DNA of 64,000 nucleotides, taken from Hydrolagus affinis (Eukaryota). The notes below the pieces were generated by a model, which was not told the DNA's origin, ran no database searches, and worked only from the letters and a program-made list of their open reading frames with translations. Both the position numbers and the translations under genes were made by a program. The stretch spans positions 1-64,000 of the forward strand of contig JAAILG010000308.1 of NCBI GenBank assembly GCA_012026655.1, read 5' to 3'. This document shows positions 49,501 through 62,706 of this stretch, piece after piece; position 1 is the stretch's first letter; every line of letters begins with the position of its first letter.

Positions 49501-52134
49501 CAAAAAATCACCCGTTGAGCTCTTCAGTTCTAGGAAAACTAATCCCAGTTTTAATATAATGTTTTTATATAGAAGGCAAATTTGTATTGTTGTTCTATAT
49601 TTTTATGCTAAAATGTCATTTTTGTTTAATATCCAGTGTGAGGTAATTTGAACCCCACTTCTGTGTTTAGTGTGATGTATGTTTCATCTTTACCATGTTT
49701 CTCCAGCAATTTGACAAAGCCAAATTTGGGGGCTGGCTATTTTAAGACTTGAATTTGACTGGCTAGGCAACAAGCAAGGGCAAGTTAATCCTTTAAGGGC
49801 GATGGAACAGAAAATGTAATTAATTAGCTTTGGCTGTGATTTTAAGCAGCTAATTGAAATACTACTTGGTTGGAAAAATAACTTTTTTAAAAACAAATAT
49901 GGTTTAGAGGATTGTCATTCTACCAATTGTTAATTTGGAAACATTATTTTGGTACAGTAACAAGATAGATTCAAGTTAGTAAATGTGGTTTATGTGGCAT
50001 GTGTTAACCACGTGCAAATTTATGTGCACACATGTGTACACTACATACGCATACAGAAGGAATTATTGGTGCACTCATTATGTAATTAATAAAGAATATA
50101 TTATGTAATTAACAATCTCACAAGAAACTTATTAATATAGCTGCTGGTTCAAGGTATTTGAGGGAAAACCTTTTGGGTTAAACAAAAACCTAAAGGCGAT
50201 TCTAAATGGGCATTTCTTTTAAAGAGCCATGACGACAAGAGTCCCTCTGAGAACAGTCTTAAACTTCTGCTTATCACATTCTTCATTAACAACTTTGATC
50301 AGGGGATTATGGTGGGATTTCTCAGCTTGCTGTTGATATGAAATTGTGTGGGAAGGCAAATTATATTTGAGAGGCAGAGATTAGCCAAAATGATATACGT
50401 ACCTATATTTAGAGAATTGGGACTGAGATGGTGTTTGGAAGTTATATTTGATAAAGACTTGGGTAAGGTGTTGAAAACTGGGGCAAAAAAGTTAAATGTA
50501 TCTACATAATGTGGTATGTTTGACATGGAACAAAAGAATGGAGTAGGAGAGTTGTTTGGTTAGGAAGAGTGCAAGACTCATTAAAATCATCTACTTACGA
50601 TGCAAAACTGAATGTTTGAATGTTAAAAGCACAGTTGCCCATCAAGTTGTCTGTTTATAATGCTAGTTAATGCCAGTTAAGATCAGCAGCAATCTGACAA
50701 CGAAGTTGTTGTCCTCCATCACACTTGGTGTCCAAAAGCTGTGGAAGAAGTGATTCTGACACCAGCCAGGGATAAAACTGACAAACGGAAGATCTAAATA
50801 GTTTGTGGCTTCCCTTCGTATAGGGATTAAAGTGGTTTCAATGTCACTAACTGAAATGTCAAGTTCTTTAAGGATGATTTGTTCCCTCTCCCTGTCCCAC
50901 TTACAAAATGTTGGAGGGGGAAAAAATAGATTCACAAAGGATTTTTAGATGCTTTTGCATGAAATGCCTGTACTGTCATAAAAACATCAGGGTTAGAAAT
51001 CAGCAGGAGTTTTTTTTTAAACAATGTTTTAAAGATTGAGAAACCGGGTCAATTAACTAATTAAGGAAGAAGAGTTTTTTTTTAAAAAAAGGGTCAAAAT
51101 AATCAATGATGGAAATCTGTTAAGTATCTGTACATACTTAAAATTGAGTGAGCTTCTACACCCACAATAGACTTATTCATACCCACAATAGATTTCGACC
51201 ACTGGTTCTTTCTCTACTGAACTTCGCCTTGTGAAAATATCAATTAACATGTTCAATCTTACAACATGTACAGTAGAGAACCAAAGTATCAGCATACATT
51301 GGGACAGGCGCCATTGCCTACAAACCACACAGCAGATATTTAGATGTTACCCAAATTTGCTACAGTGCTAACTAAAACATTTTTCCATCAAACGTCATAC
51401 TGTACCTCACTGTGCCATCCTTTTTCACTGCCTCTGTTACTTTCTCCCTGATTTTCCTTTCCGATTAAACTGACGTGTGGTCAGTTGGTGGGTAGATAAA
51501 TGGTATTTGCACAAATCGATCACTCCAAGCTGTGACCTCAAACAGGACGAATCATGAACATTTGTTCATCTTCAAATTGTTAAACCTAACAGAACAGGGT
51601 GTCTTGACCTGGCCTTGTGTGCTTACATTAGGTAATGCATATTTACAGAGCAGAGCTGTTTGCAAGAAGTCAGTTCTACACTGAAGGCCCCTGTGTTCTG
51701 GATATTGTCCCATTTATATAGCAGTTTGGATACTCCAGCAGCCGGAGCCACAGAAAAATCATTGGTGTGCTGCTGCTCATTTTAAACTATATTTCTGGCT
51801 GTCTTTCCTACTCCCAATTCTAAAGGAAGGTTTGTGCAGTGTGGAAAAACCCGACATTGTTTGGTTTGAATGGCTATAACTCTTAGCCTTAGTTGCAGCC
51901 TTACGTCCACCTCTGGGGCAATTCTGCTGCCGAGGCTGTTATTACCGCTGAATGTGCTTGAGAAAAGTGCTGCTCAAAGTGGACTTTGAGCCTGAGAGGT
52001 TAAAAACACCAACTAGTTGAGCCTCCTGCAGCAAGAAGTCGGGGTTGCTGTCATTAGATCACACTGCTGTTCCAGGTTTGGATCTCTCAGCCAATCCATA
52101 GTGTCAAGTTTCTTGATGCACACTTTCTCCTCCC

Positions 52135-52197
52135 AGCGCTTTGGGATGTCCTCTCGACGTGAAAGGCGCTCTTTAAATGTAATTTTGTTGTTGTTGT
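52135..52197 (+). mobile_element. L2 tail fragment
   Basis: AGCGCTTTGGGATGTCCTCTCGACGTGAAAGGCGCT..AAATGTAATTTT(GTT)n. Confidence 0.8.
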
Positions 52198-54639
52198 TTC
52201 TTGTCATTGTAATCCATGTCATTGGAGTGACTGCCGGTACAAATGGAGACTCAGGATGATAAGCTCCAAGGGAGGCAAAATTCAAATTGACCTGTTTTAG
52301 TTTTAAATAAGCTCAAGACTTTTGCAGTACCTTGAGGTGGCAGATGCATAGTTGGGATCCACCCTGTTTGATCAATTAAATTCTTAGTTTATTATTGAGT
52401 TCAATGCTTCATGGTGATATTTTGCTCTATTGTATTAATAGGATTGTTGATGATTTGTAAGAAATGGCAATGTGTGTTGGTGGACAGTGGAGGGCGGTGG
52501 CTGCATTATGATGCATCATTTTTCTACACAAATAATGTAATGCAGTAAATATGTCTGTCCATTAAATAAGGGCATTTTTCCTATTAAAAACCACAGCAAA
52601 AATTAGATTCCCAAACAAGTTTTGTTTTCCCTTCCAAGGATAAGGTCAAACAATGCGAGCAATTTATAAACCGAAGTGCAATTATTTTTATAGTCTTGCA
52701 GTAAACCCTAAGTTAACAGCAAATTTATTTATTCTGACAGCTAAGAGGATCCAACATTGAAGGACTGATCCAGCATAAGGTGCCGTGGCTTTATCTTTGA
52801 GAAATTGACAAATACTTGTTTCAATTGAAAGGATCAAGGTGACTGGTGTGCAAAGTCCCACAATCATCAGTGAGTAGGCTGTGATGCTACAGTATCAGCA
52901 CATAAGCTTCCAGGACCTCAGTAAACATCAGAGAAAAATAACTTTAAAAAAATACCAGTGGCCTCACTGGTGTTTTACATTACTTGTTCAGCTGGGAGTT
53001 GGTAGCTGTTCTTATTTGGTCTCTGTCAAGGTTATAGATAGATAATTCAGAGATTCACAGGTTGTGTTTGTTGCATACAATTTGTTTTTGCCGTAGTTCT
53101 GCTATGCGTATGTGTTTTATTTGGTCGTGCAACTGTTAATTATTTTCTGCTCCTTAGTGTTTTAAGTGCCACATTTTCCAATGATTTAAAGAGTCAATAA
53201 CATCTTCATGTTGATCAATGTTATCCACCCAGATTGACAAAAAATATATCTGTTTTTAATTAATATTTACAACATATAACAGATCTCTTAACCGCTTGAT
53301 CAATTTAGACAATTTCTCATTTGGATACTGTAGGTTTACACTTTTAGCTTCATTGACAGTGGTGTTTCTTTTATTAATAATAATAGAAATTATCATTGAG
53401 TTGCATATAGAATGCCTTATCACATCATTAATTTGTCTCAAAGTACTTTACAGGATGTACTGTAAAATGGAGTGACTTTATTTTATGGATGAAATTTTGA
53501 TCTGATGTGAAAAGGAGCAGGCATCTTTGAACCACCAGAGAATCATCTGTGCTGTTGGATGTCTCTTCTACTGCCTCCAGATGCCACAGCCTCTCCTGTT
53601 GACTGCGAGCCTAGCATCAGCCTTTGTTTTTCTGTAGGTGCACAGGGTTTCACACACTTGTTTCTGACTGACTGTTGGCTAACTAAATACTGTAAATCTG
53701 AGAAAAAAAATTGTCCAATATTCTAAAGCAACTCCCAGCCTTTTCCTATTTTTGTGTGATGCATACGTCCGTATATTACTGCACATCAACAAAACACTCA
53801 TCTAGTAATGTATGCTCTGCACTTGCTTGGGCAGAAAAAAATCCAGAAAATCACTGACATTTTTTAATGAAAAGAGTGCAGCTTCACAATAAACGTCATT
53901 GCTTCTACTTGAGCATTTCTCACAGTGCATCGGGCAGCATCATGTAAACATAGCATAAGAGCTGCTTGTCTGCAATGCTCTTTGAACAAAGGCAGTCAAT
54001 GCCCTCAAGAGTTAAAGAGGTTTCAACTGTGTGAAGCTGAGACAGTTGAATCAAGCACATCAACAAAAAAGCTCTGTTGGTGTGTATGCCAAGTCCTTTT
54101 CAGAATGGTGGTCAAGGCTATGAATTCTTCATTGCTGAAAACGGAAAGGAGCAAATGGCACCCACTGGGACATTGACTTAGACTTTGCCAGACATAACAA
54201 TCATTCTAACAAGGTTTCTTGAAACAGTACCATAGGGAACCATCTAAATGTGAAAAAAGAGAGAAGCTCCTTTCTGACAAATGCCAATTCAGGTCATCAC
54301 TAGCTTGCAATATATAAAAACAAATTGTCATGGGCACAAAGCAGCCATCATTAAGCTTTGAACCAGGGGGAATGAAGTAAAATAAAACGTTGTTGAAATA
54401 GAACGTAACTGCCTTTGACCCCAAGGTGAGAAAAAATATGTTTATTATGTACATCTATTTGTTTCTAAAGATAATGCAGAACTCCAGACTCAGAAATTCT
54501 GATCTGCCTGGTGATAAAACAGCTATTTCTGTAAACAAGACCAAGCATTAAATAATTCTAACTATAATGCTTTCCTATAAACCGATGAGCATGGAAGACG
54601 AAAAGCTACAAATACTGATCTCAATTGAGAAGGTTAGCC

Positions 54640-54960
54640 GTTTTTCTTGAATCCTAATTTTTTCCAAGCTGTTCTTAACTCTTTTACCATAAGCATTCTT
54701 AAGCTTACCTTCTTTGATTTACCAAGCAGCTGGAATAATATTTCACTCTATGATCTCAAAACCTTTCAGAATTTTGAAGATTTCTATTAGATCCCCTCTT
54801 AACCTTTTCAATTCCAGTGAAAATTACCCAATCTTTCGAACTTATCCTCGTGACTATAAATACTCATCCCTGGTATCATTGTGTGAACCTACACCGTAAC
54901 CTTTCCATGGTTCTGATGTGCGCTCTGTAATGGGAAGCCCAGGACTGGCAATACTAAAAA
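54640..54960 (-). mobile_element. Decayed CR1-like fragment
   Basis: TTCTATTAGATCCCCTCTTAACCTTTTCAATTCCAGTGAAAA..CATCCCTGGTATCATT..GTGAACCT. Confidence 0.7.
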
Positions 54961-55417
54961 CTGCTATGCTGAAGCATTTGGAAATTGTACTGTTCAACAT
55001 GAAATAAGTAAATTGAAAGATGAATGGTAACGGGGTAAATCTGTCTGCTGGCTCAGTATTGAAAGGAATTGCAGTGATCCTTGTGTGTGCGTCTTCATCA
55101 TTGTAATATCACCTTTGGCTTGCCATGCTAATAGAGTCAGCAATATTGTATGGCTATTCCATGCAGAGAAACATTTCATCAGGCAAATCATCTGAGGGAG
55201 CAAATAAGATAAGTGAAGAATCCTACTTATGAATTTTTTTTTTACAGAAAAGGAAAGGTTCAGCTGGTCAGCTCAATGGACTGACTGAATAAAGTCCATT
55301 ACAATTCTAATGATTCTAAGATTTAGCTGATTATTTGAACAAACACTACACTGTGGCTAGAAAATAAAACTCTTTGTATGGAATGGTGTCTAATGTTTGG
55401 TAGATTTACAAACTTCA

Positions 55418-55530
55418 CATTTCGCCCACAAAATATACAGTCAATTATTTTTACAGTATATTGTGAAGCTCTTTGAGACATCTCGGAAACGCGATAGGGC
55501 GCTATATCAAATGCAAGGATTTTATTATTG
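55418..55530 (+). mobile_element. SINE 3' fragment
   Basis: TTTCGCCCACAAAATATACAGTCAATT..GCGCTATATCAAATGCAAGGAT. Confidence 0.85.
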
Positions 55531-56289
55531 ATGTAAATGTTTTATTTTAGTAGCTTAGGACTCTGAGCCTATTTGTAACATTCAAAGTATGAAAATTGAT
55601 GTGGAAAAAAATCTACTGCAAACAAGTATCAATCTTTGCATCATAGTGTTGCTTTCAGCTTTTAGTGAAAAGTGCAGAAATAGTATTTGGCAGATGATGA
55701 ACTAATTAAGTTGAGCGTGTAATTTAAAGCTTACATCATTTACATTTGATTTTTTGACTTAGTGCAGTTAATATATTCTGATGACAGAATTTCAAATCAA
55801 TCAATTATTTGTCAATAATCACGCAACATGATTTTATAACAACATGTGCTTTGCTGCAAACGCTATTAGACATCTCTGACGAAAAGTATGTAAGCAGCCA
55901 ATGCCTTCTGTGTGCAAATAACTGACCCAAGCAATTATATTTTATCAGCAGCAACACATTTTATTTATACTTGGTGCCCAAGACTCGTCAACTCTCTGCA
56001 TTCATTCAGAAGATTATTAATTCAGTTTCCTACAATTAGAGTGGCTTCACATAAACACTCATTATTTCATTTTGAAAGGGGCTGTGCTGCTCACAGGTTA
56101 AAACATTTCACCAGAAGATCTATGTTTGTGTTAGTCAAATATCTTATCAATGTGAATAAAATACATAAAATACTGTCTTCTCAGCAATTCCGGTTATTCT
56201 TTTTTTTTAAAAAAGTTGAAGGCATTGTTTCACCTCTCTTACACTGTTTTCTTAGCTAAAATGTTAATGTTGTAGCCTTTATACGGTTA

Positions 56290-56570
56290 CTTGCCACCAA
56301 TGGTGGGGCGGGCTTTTAGCCTCTCTACCCTCACCCTCTGGAACTCCTTCCCACAGTCCCTCAGCCTCACTCCCTCCCTTACTTCCTTCAAGACCCGAAT
56401 CAAAACCCTCCTCTTTGACCGTGCCTTTGGTCACCCTCCTACCCCTACACTCCCGCCCCCTCCTACTCACCTGATCCCAACCACTAGCTTGGGTACGGAT
56501 CCCTGATATTTAAGTGCCTTGGAGCATCCTCCTGACATGAAAGACGCTGTACAAATGTGATTGGTTGCTG
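56290..56570 (+). mobile_element. L2 LINE 3' end
   Basis: Peptide VGRAFSLSTLTLWNSFPQSL..SLTSFKTRIKTLLF is the typical L2 ORF2 terminus. Confidence 0.88.
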
Positions 56571-57107
56571 TGTTTTACAGTACTCTGCTTTGAAGTGAAA
56601 GTTACTCTCCTCCCTTCCTTCGCACTTGCTATCTGCTGTGTTATCACTGTTCCACAGTGTGTTGATACTACATTCCCACTCAGAGGAAGCTATTCTTGTA
56701 ACAAATTTATTTTATCTGTTGTCTGCCCTAACCATCCGTTATCCTGGTTACACTATGTATCTTGACACCAGAGTAAACCAGGTGTCTGCAGATTAATTAT
56801 TCAATTTCAGTACATTTTGTGTTCCAGAAGCACATCACCTCTGTTATCACAAGCCCAGCGCCTTTGCTTTTCTGAGATCTGGCAAGGTGGTTCACAGTGA
56901 TCAGTCTCAAACAGCAATTATGGAGTGTGGGAACGTAAGCAGAGGGGCTGTGCCTCCACCTTACTAATTATACAGACAGGTTAAAATCACTTCAACTTGT
57001 TGCTTCTGTGCACATTTTGAAGTCATCCAAATTGGATTGTATTTTAAATACACATACATGTTAAATATGGCTTGGTGTTGAGAGGGGTGAGCGGAGCATA
57101 TTATCAT

Positions 57108-57505
57108 AATCACGACAAAATTACATTTGTTTAGCTCCATTCATGTCGGGAAGACACCCCAAGGCGTTGGATAATCAGTCTTTCGGACCTGAGCTGGGGC
57201 TAGAATTGGAGAGAATGGAGGTCAGTGGGGGGAGGAGGGTGACTGAAGACACGATCGAAGAGGAGGGTCTTGAGATGGGTTGAGAGTAGGGGAGGCGGAG
57301 GGATTGCGGCAATGGAGTTTCAGAGGGTGGGGACAGAGTTTCAGAAGTGTTGCAGGCCAGAGCCTGCTGAGTGGAGGGAGCGGGCAGGTTGGTAGTGTGT
57401 TAGGAGGTTGCAGAGGTAGTGGGGAGCAAGGTCATAGAGGGCTTTGTAGGTGAGGACCAGGATCTTGAACTGTATCCTCTGTGAGATAGGAAGCCAGTGG
57501 AGTCT
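57108..57505 (-). mobile_element. L2 LINE 3' fragment
   Basis: Colinear with the 12414 and 28130 copies. Confidence 0.85.
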
Positions 57506-58829
57506 GCTTTATCACCACATCGAGTTGTGTTGAAGACGAATAACCTGCATTTATCTTTAGGACTCTCTCAACCTCATATCAGTAGCAATTCCATATCTTC
57601 TCAGCACAGCCTAATCCCAGCAAAAGCCTGTGTTATTTCAGCATTGTGGAGAAGCAATTAATATCTAGAGCACTATTAATCTTTCTTTTCTAGATGGATA
57701 ACTTTTTTTAAAGTAACAATCAGTTGAAAGTGTAATAGGGCACCAAACTTTGTAACTGCACAGTGCCTTTGGATAAGTCAATCCGTGACTTATCAAGAAG
57801 ATAAAGAATCGAATCCTAATTGTTTTGGCAACTTTTGAAACCTGTGAAATGCAAGTTGTATGCAGAAGCCCTTTTAGGTCAATTGGAACATATAATCAAC
57901 AGTATCTCTGTGTTATGTACTTCTAATTAAAATCTTTTAGGGCCTCACAATCCATCAAGAGTTAATAATTGTTTTCTGTGGATTAATATAGAAGATTTGA
58001 TAGAGACTGCTGGATGGGTTAGCAACTTTTAATGGTCAATACTATTGTTATTTGGAAAGACTGCTGGTAATTCTAATTCTGAAAACAAATGGATTATAGT
58101 TTCTGAAACCAACTTGAGCCAGAAAGATTCTAACCATTATCTGCATACAAATGGGTCTGCAAGCTTTTTAAAGTGGATCTGTATTACCTTTCATCCTATC
58201 TTAAGCATTTTAACTTTTTTCAGGATTAAGAAACATGAGGCTTGAGAATGATATTTGAAATGTAGCCCTTTTTGAATAGTGAATGCATCACATTTTTTAA
58301 TATCCAGCAACGTGGTGAGGTTAATTACTTCATTATTGCAGTGGATTAGTGAAGTACTTTAGTAGGTCCAAAGGCTTTCAGCACCAGGGACAACACTTGA
58401 CTATTGATCCTGTAGATCTCTGCTGTCTTACAAGTGTCAATAGTTATCCTGCTATTTTGTGCGCAGAAAGAGGATGCCATAAGGACAACACTAATCGATT
58501 TTGTTTTGCTGATCTCAGCTCTGCTTTTGTTGTGATCATTAGAGAAAATTAGATTATGCATATATTTTAGTTTGATTTCTTCACCAGAGTACTGAGTATA
58601 TTTGACTACCTTTCTGCAGATAATTTAAGTGCTAGAATGCCATTGATTCAAAGCTTTCTGTGTGTCCTAAGCAAACGGATGAGAGGGGCGGGGGAAAGGA
58701 TTTTATTTAAATCGATGGTTGCAGTTCAAAGATAAATTCCAGTTTGCCACACCGCACAAAGTCCAAATTCCAGTTTTCTTTGAGCTTCTCAATTTATAGA
58801 TCAGTAACTGCTTCATTCCACCTTTTCAG

Positions 58830-59012
58830 TTGTTAGCGTTCTTGACGCTGAGTCAGAAAGCTGTGGGTTCAATCGAGCCCCACATCAGGAATTTGAGCTC
58901 ACAGTCTAGGCTGACACTCAGTGCAGTGGTGGGGGAGCATCACATTGTCATTGGAATGAGGTGCTGAACCGAGCTCCGGCCTGCATGTTCAGGAGGATGT
59001 TAACATTCCCAT
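58830..59012 (+). mobile_element. Old Deu-domain SINE 5' part (SacSINE1-like)
   Basis: CTGAGTCAGAAAGCTGTGGGTTCAA..TCTAGGCTGACACTCAGTGCAGT..GAGGTGCTGAACCGAG..CAGGAGGATGTTAAC. Confidence 0.7.
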
Positions 59013-60109
59013 TGCATTGTTATTGTCCGTTTAATGCTGAGAGCTGACTGGAGGATGGTCAGACCTTGCGATGGTTGGTGAACGGTTCTCGTTCTGATTT
59101 TTACACCACGCTATGCAGTAGCAGGAAGCGGCATGTGAAGAGCGTGGCAAAAACGGACTTACCTTGGACCACTCTGCCCTGTCTAGCAGTTGGCCACGTC
59201 AGTGACACAGATCTGGTTAGGCAATGTCCGAGGGATAAAAAGCCCCCAACAAGATAGATGACTTAAGATTTGGCGCGATTGTATTTGGTAGGAAAGAAGG
59301 CAAGATGCTTTGGTGAGGAATTTGGTGAGGAAACTCCTGGTTTTCTAAGATGCAACAACAACAAAATTACATTTACAGAGCGCCTTTCTTGTAGGTAGGA
59401 CGTCCCAATGTGCAACAGCGAAAGTAGATACACTTGGTCACTACTTATGCTGACAAAATATTAAGTAATTTGCATTTTGGACTATAGAGACTGAGACGCC
59501 GTCCGGCATGGAGGTCGCTATATAAATTGAAGTAGTTGTTGTTGTTGTAGAGGTTTTAATGTGTCGCAGTGTGAATGCCATCAGCGGAGTCACAGTTTAA
59601 CATAAGAATCCTATCCCAGCTGTAACAACTTGCATTTAAATAGTGCCCATTATGGTATCTCGGAGAGCTGAGATTAAAAGGTGATGAATGCAGGAGAGAG
59701 ACTGACTGAGGACTGTATGATAGTTAGAATGGAAATACCTTGCGAAAAAATATTTAACTTTTAAAATGTAGTATTAAATTGATCTTTAAGCACCAACAGA
59801 AGGTTATCCGCAAAGCATTCACATCAATTTCTAGCTCCCAGAGTCAGTGATTTATGGATTTCAGTGTCTAATCTGTTACAGGATTGATCCTGTGAAATTA
59901 TATGGTTGAATGTGCTGCTTTCTTCCATTATCCCATAAGTCTGTGCTACCTATTGAATCGATTGCCTAATAGTAGTGGAATAATGGTATGTTAGCAAACA
60001 GTCAGTTTATTCATCTGCTAACATGGTTTTAAAGCTTCGCAGAGAACGGAGAGTTTATGAAACCCTGATTAGATTGTAAACCAATGCTCAGAAAGCAACG
60101 GATGGAAAA

Positions 60110-60455
60110 GGTTGCATTTTAATAGTGCCAATCGCATCAGTGTCTCAGATAGTTTCAGAATAATTACTGTTAAGTGCAGCAGTCACCGTTTCTGTTGGCA
60201 ATTGTAGCAAATCAGTTTTTCATTTGGAAAGCCCTGCACACAGCTATGATAAGATGATTTGAAGGATTCTTGGCCGAGATAGAGAGGAATTCTCTTTTCT
60301 CTTCCAAGTGTTTGATGGGGTACTTAACTTCTGCAGAATCTCAGTTCGTGTCTCATCTAAAAGATGGCATCTCTGATATTGCGGTGATTATCATTGGAGT
60401 GTGGTTGAACTGCAACCTCCTGATCCTTAGGCAAACATATTATCAACTGAGCCAG
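60110..60455 (-). mobile_element. Old Deu-domain SINE relic
   Basis: TTGCATTTTAATAGTGCC tail; GTCTCATCTAAAAGATGGCATCTCTGA core; AACTGAGCCA reads as an A-box on the minus strand. Confidence 0.6.
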
Positions 60456-60759
60456 GCTGACATCTTGTCTAGAGATCCAGTTTTTTGTGTCTCTAAAACC
60501 ACCTATTGACTACAACATTGAATCCAGAGAAAGGTGACACACGAGCGAAGTGCACTATCTGCTTTTGTGGGATGCTGCGTTTGCAAGATACATCAGTACG
60601 TCTTGACATGGCATTCAAAACCTATTAAGGATATGGCAGTGTGAGAGGATGTCCTCTTTTGCCCTCCTTGACCCACCTATACCCTTTGATCCTTCATTGC
60701 CATTCACCTGTGCACTCACTTTACTCTTCCTCTGCCCTCAAAATGCCTTTTGCCAGCAA

Positions 60760-60870
60760 AATGTGCAATCAGTTCACTTTACAGTACATTCCATGAAGCG
60801 CTTTGAGACATCTTGAAGTTGTTATAAATCACTATATCAAATGCAAGGATTATTATTATTATACTATTAT
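60760..60870 (+). mobile_element. SINE 3' fragment
   Basis: TTCACTTTACAGTAC..GAAGCGCTTTGAGAC..TATATCAAATGCAAGGATTATT. Confidence 0.85.
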
Positions 60871-62617
60871 CATACTGAGGTACTATTCAAGTTTTCCAGA
60901 GCAACGTCCCAGCGGTAATAATCTTGATTTGTGTGTCATGATTGGTGCGGTTAGTTGTTCATCCCCATACGCACAACACACACGGAAGTTTGTGTGGAAG
61001 TGTGGGTTGAGAAATGTATTTGACACTTAAATGATGTATTTATTTTGAAAGATCGTTATCTAATAAGTAGAGTCCATACTTACGAGAAATTGAGTTTTAA
61101 GTGGTGCTGAACAGCACTGTTTTAACTGAAGCTTGGCAGCATTATAAGCTGTTGTAGGTTTCTCCTTGCCTTTAAGGGTGGTTGACTTTGAGAGAAGAGA
61201 TGATATGGAAATGGGAAAAAAAAATAAAACATTAAGAGAACATTTGTCAGCCTAAACTTCATTGTACTTTAAACCATATTCTTTCAATTTAAGATGTTTT
61301 TAATCTAACGTTAGATTTAAGCAGTGCACTGGTTTTCTTGTGCCCTTTGCCACACTGCAGGATTTGTTGAAACTTTGGGCCCTCATAATATTGACAAAAC
61401 GTTTTTCTGGAAATAATTGACCCTCACAAAAAAAACCAAGACCTCTGTTTTAAGCGTTCGGTGCTCCTGATTAGTTAAATATTTCACAGGAGCTCGTGAA
61501 TTGGGAGCTGTGGAATACGTGACAATTCTTGCATTTTTGTCTGGTATGTACAACCTCATCAGAAATAAACCTGTCTTCTAAGCACTGTGCAGCTGCTTCG
61601 TCAAGCTCTAAAGTAATTCCACAACAGTAAATTTCAGTCATAAATTTTTAGCTTGCTGTTGGAAATGGGTATTTCAGCACTAATTTTATTTGCTTTAAGA
61701 TTAACACTACACATTGCGTGCTGCTCTTTAAGAACAATTTATCTTTTTTTTGCCCTCTTCTCTGCTTTTAATGCCAAACACCCGTCCAGCAATGGGCATG
61801 CACTCTTCCGTTGGCATTGCTCCAGCCTACAAATTGCTTATTTAACCAAAAGCCTCTTTAAATTAACACAAAGTTGGTACTTTTTTCTGTTTATAAATAA
61901 TCTAAACTTTTTGAGTCATCCATTCCAAGTTGTTGCAGTATGAATCTGAATAAAGTTTCTACATGAATTTGAAGATTTTTTTAAATTTCTGTATTCACTT
62001 TACTTTTCTTTCATAATTAAGTGAGTCAGAAAATATCATTTTGTTAAATGCCTGTGTAAATAACTGAGGAATCTTACTAACGATTGATATTGTCAGTGTT
62101 TTTCAGGCATTAATGATTTATTCGAAAGCATGTGCCAACGATATGAAAAGGTTATTTTTGCCCCATTTTACAAAACAAAATTTGCCTGACATTACAGATA
62201 TCCCAACTGTATAAGACTTGGCTTTTAATTGATCGAGTGATGGTACTGTACATGTTAAGTAATGGTGTGTAAGCACCATTTCAGGTGGTCAAAGGCTCCC
62301 AATTATAAGGAACAAATTAATGCAAGAAAGAAATACAAGTGATTGTAAGTACATTGGTACATTGAATCTGAAATGAATTGAGTTAGGGTAATTGTCTCAA
62401 TGTGATGTAATTTGACCTAGACTATAAGGCAGAAAGGAAGTGCGAGGTGATAATTAAGTAATGCAGCTCCAATGCACTTGTTCAGGGTTTTGGAGTTGAG
62501 GCAAACTGAATTTGCTTTATTGTTATAGGTAACACAAATCATTTTCTGACAGGCACTTACCTCAGAGTAATGCATAGCTTTTTTAAAAAAAAAATTCATT
62601 TGCCTTGAGGCGCTCCA

Positions 62618-62706
62618 TGTGTCTGTGTGTGTGTGTATTGTGCATGTGTGTGTGCGTGCTTATGTATGTGTGTATGTGTGTGTTGTGCGTGTGTGTGTCT
62701 GCGTGT
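62618..62706 (+). repeat. Imperfect (TG)n microsatellite
   Basis: Read directly from the sequence. Confidence 0.9.

Noticed and set aside
50663-50935. 90-aa minus-strand ORF (KWDREREQIILKELDISVSD..)
   Set aside because: Non-ATG start, no recognisable family, no supporting splice structure.
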